Position numbers and translations under genes: made by a program
From: Eubacteriales bacterium
GTDB lineage: Bacteria > Bacillota > Clostridia > Christensenellales > MB2-83
DNA length: 12,887 bases
Reading direction: 5' to 3'
Assembly: GCA_018385275.1 (NCBI GenBank)
Contig: JAHAZM010000007.1
Location: 1-12,887 of the forward strand
In this document: piece by piece, positions 12,167 through 12,887 of the stretch
Layout of the letters: each line of letters begins with the position of its first letter
Position numbering within the stretch: position 1 is the first letter of the stretch
Notes under the pieces: generated by a model
Told to the model about the DNA's origin: nothing
The model's input: the letters and a program-made list of their open reading frames with translations, nothing else
Databases searched by the model: none

Positions 12167-12776
12167 GGCTTGCTCCTTTCGTGAGGTCCATGGAGGCGAT
12201 CAGCGTTTCCGCGTCGCGGCGGATGCGCGCACTGAGCCAGGCGGTGACGGTCACGCGCAGGACCAGCCGGAGCCGGTCGGCCGCGCCGTCGTATTTTTCG
12301 GTATAACAGGACGAGACGACCTCGTCGGTCACGGCCGCGAGGCGCGCCGGATCGCAGACGCCGGTCAGCGCGCCGCTGCGCACCAGGATCTCCAGCAAGT
12401 AGCCGTAAAGCTCGCTGTCGGGGAGCGCGTCGTCGGACTCGTCGTCGAGGTGGCCGTTGATGTAGCGGAGAAGGTCCGTGATGCGCTCGAGCTGCAGAGA
12501 TTCGCGCAGCATGCGGATCATGATGACGCGGCAAAGCTGATCGCAGGAGTACATCCGCCCCACGGGCTTGGTCAGAAAACCCCGCTTGACCCAGTTCTGG
12601 ATGTCGTGCGGTTCCGCGCCGGAGACCGCCGCCGTCTGCGAAAGCGTCAGGCCGCCCGCCGCGAAAAGCGGGCGGATCACGCGGCGCACCGTTTCGGCGC
12701 CGACGATGTCCGCTTCCAGCGTGCTGCCCGGCAGGATCCCGATCATATAGTCCACCGCCTCTTTCTGTTTTGTCAT
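12159..12776 (-). CDS. HTH-containing protein of unknown function (resembles the DUF1836 family). It is the first gene of the NfeD-flotillin operon. Its stop overlaps the NfeD start by 8 nt (ATGTTTGA).
   Basis: 205 aa. LTLSQTAAVSGAEPHDIQNWVKRGFLTKP is HTH-like. Start ATG 12776 sits 4 nt after TATAAT (leaderless configuration). An alternative start is ATG 12746 (MIGILPG). Family assignment is from memory only. Confidence 0.65.
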   Translation of the reverse strand: MTKQKEAVDYMIGILPGSTLEADIVGAETVRRVIRPLFAAGGLTLSQTAAVSGAEPHDIQNWVKRGFLTKPVGRMYSCDQLCRVIMIRMLRESLQLERITDLLRYINGHLDDESDDALPDSELYGYLLEILVRSGALTGVCDPARLAAVTDEVVSSCYTEKYDGAADRLRLVLRVTVTAWLSARIRRDAETLIASMDLTKGASHV

Positions 12777-12780
12777 AGTG

Positions 12781-12809
12781 ATTATATCATATGGTCAAGT
12801 GATTGTCAA
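12781..12809 (-). promoter_or_regulatory. Consensus sigma-A promoter TTGACA (12809..12804), 17 nt, TATAAT (12786..12781), directly abutting ATG 12776.
   Basis: Reverse-complement reading gives ttgacaatcacttgaccatatgatataatcactATG. An AT-rich tract and a plus-strand TTGACA (12873-12878) sit at the window edge, suggesting a divergent promoter region. Confidence 0.55.
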
Positions 12810-12887
12810 TAGCAATCGCGCGATTTTTCCGAAAAAAATTTGCTTTATTTAAAATATATAATTAAAAATATGTTGACAGTATAGGTT

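Noticed and set aside
12873-12887. TTGACA at the window edge on the plus strand.
   Set aside because: Only a -35 hexamer is visible. The -10 and the gene lie beyond the window. It is noted only as a hint of a divergent promoter.

Overview
This is a high-GC (~60-65%) Firmicutes/Clostridia-type spore-former locus. Eleven genes can be supported. The long ORFs on the opposite strand (3438..6392-, 7194..9080+, 10008..11573+ and similar) are low-complexity, Arg/Ala-rich antisense shadows and are rejected. In window order: (1) about 4.5 copies of a palindrome-rich 62/63-bp tandem repeat sit immediately upstream of spoIVA (343..1806, unambiguous SpoIVA ATPase). (2) A 650-bp lower-GC intergenic region carries three same-orientation DnaA-box 9-mers (TTATCCACA, two exact and one 8/9). 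(3) A sigma-A-driven gene encodes a type-I membrane-anchored surface protein with an unknown ectodomain and a Pro/Thr-rich linker. (4) An 841-aa orphan protein follows (3702..6227, real start MKTMSYQ behind AAAGGAG and a TTGATA-17-TGtTAGAAT promoter). (5) Seven copies of an 18-bp tandem repeat come next. (6) A strong hairpin plus T-tract has a 3' arm containing the GGAGG Shine-Dalgarno of the next gene. (7) That gene is a BclA-like collagen-triple-helix protein with a Cys-rich N-terminus and a BclA/C1q-like C-terminal domain, a probable exosporium or spore-surface glycoprotein, followed by a bidirectional terminator. (8) On the minus strand there is a DUF1292-family protein carrying two unusual CGCGCE[DE]C cysteine clusters. 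(9) A DarA-like PII (c-di-AMP receptor type) gene is translationally coupled to a CPA2 cation/proton antiporter. (10) Divergent from it is an unannotated 40-aa single-TM micropeptide plus a 66-aa mini-lipoprotein operon behind a near-consensus promoter. (11) After a GC-palindrome bidirectional terminator comes a minus-strand operon of an HTH protein (DUF1836-like), an NfeD protein and flotillin (FloT-like). The NfeD carries an inserted 4x DADGDG(V/I)PD calcium-binding-like repeat, and the first gene looks leaderless (TTGACA-17-TATAAT ends 4 nt before its ATG). The most interesting unexplained items are the Cys-rich collagen-like gene with its two repeat/hairpin regulatory oddities, the adjacent 841-aa orphan, the DarA-antiporter coupling, and the Ca-repeat NfeD.
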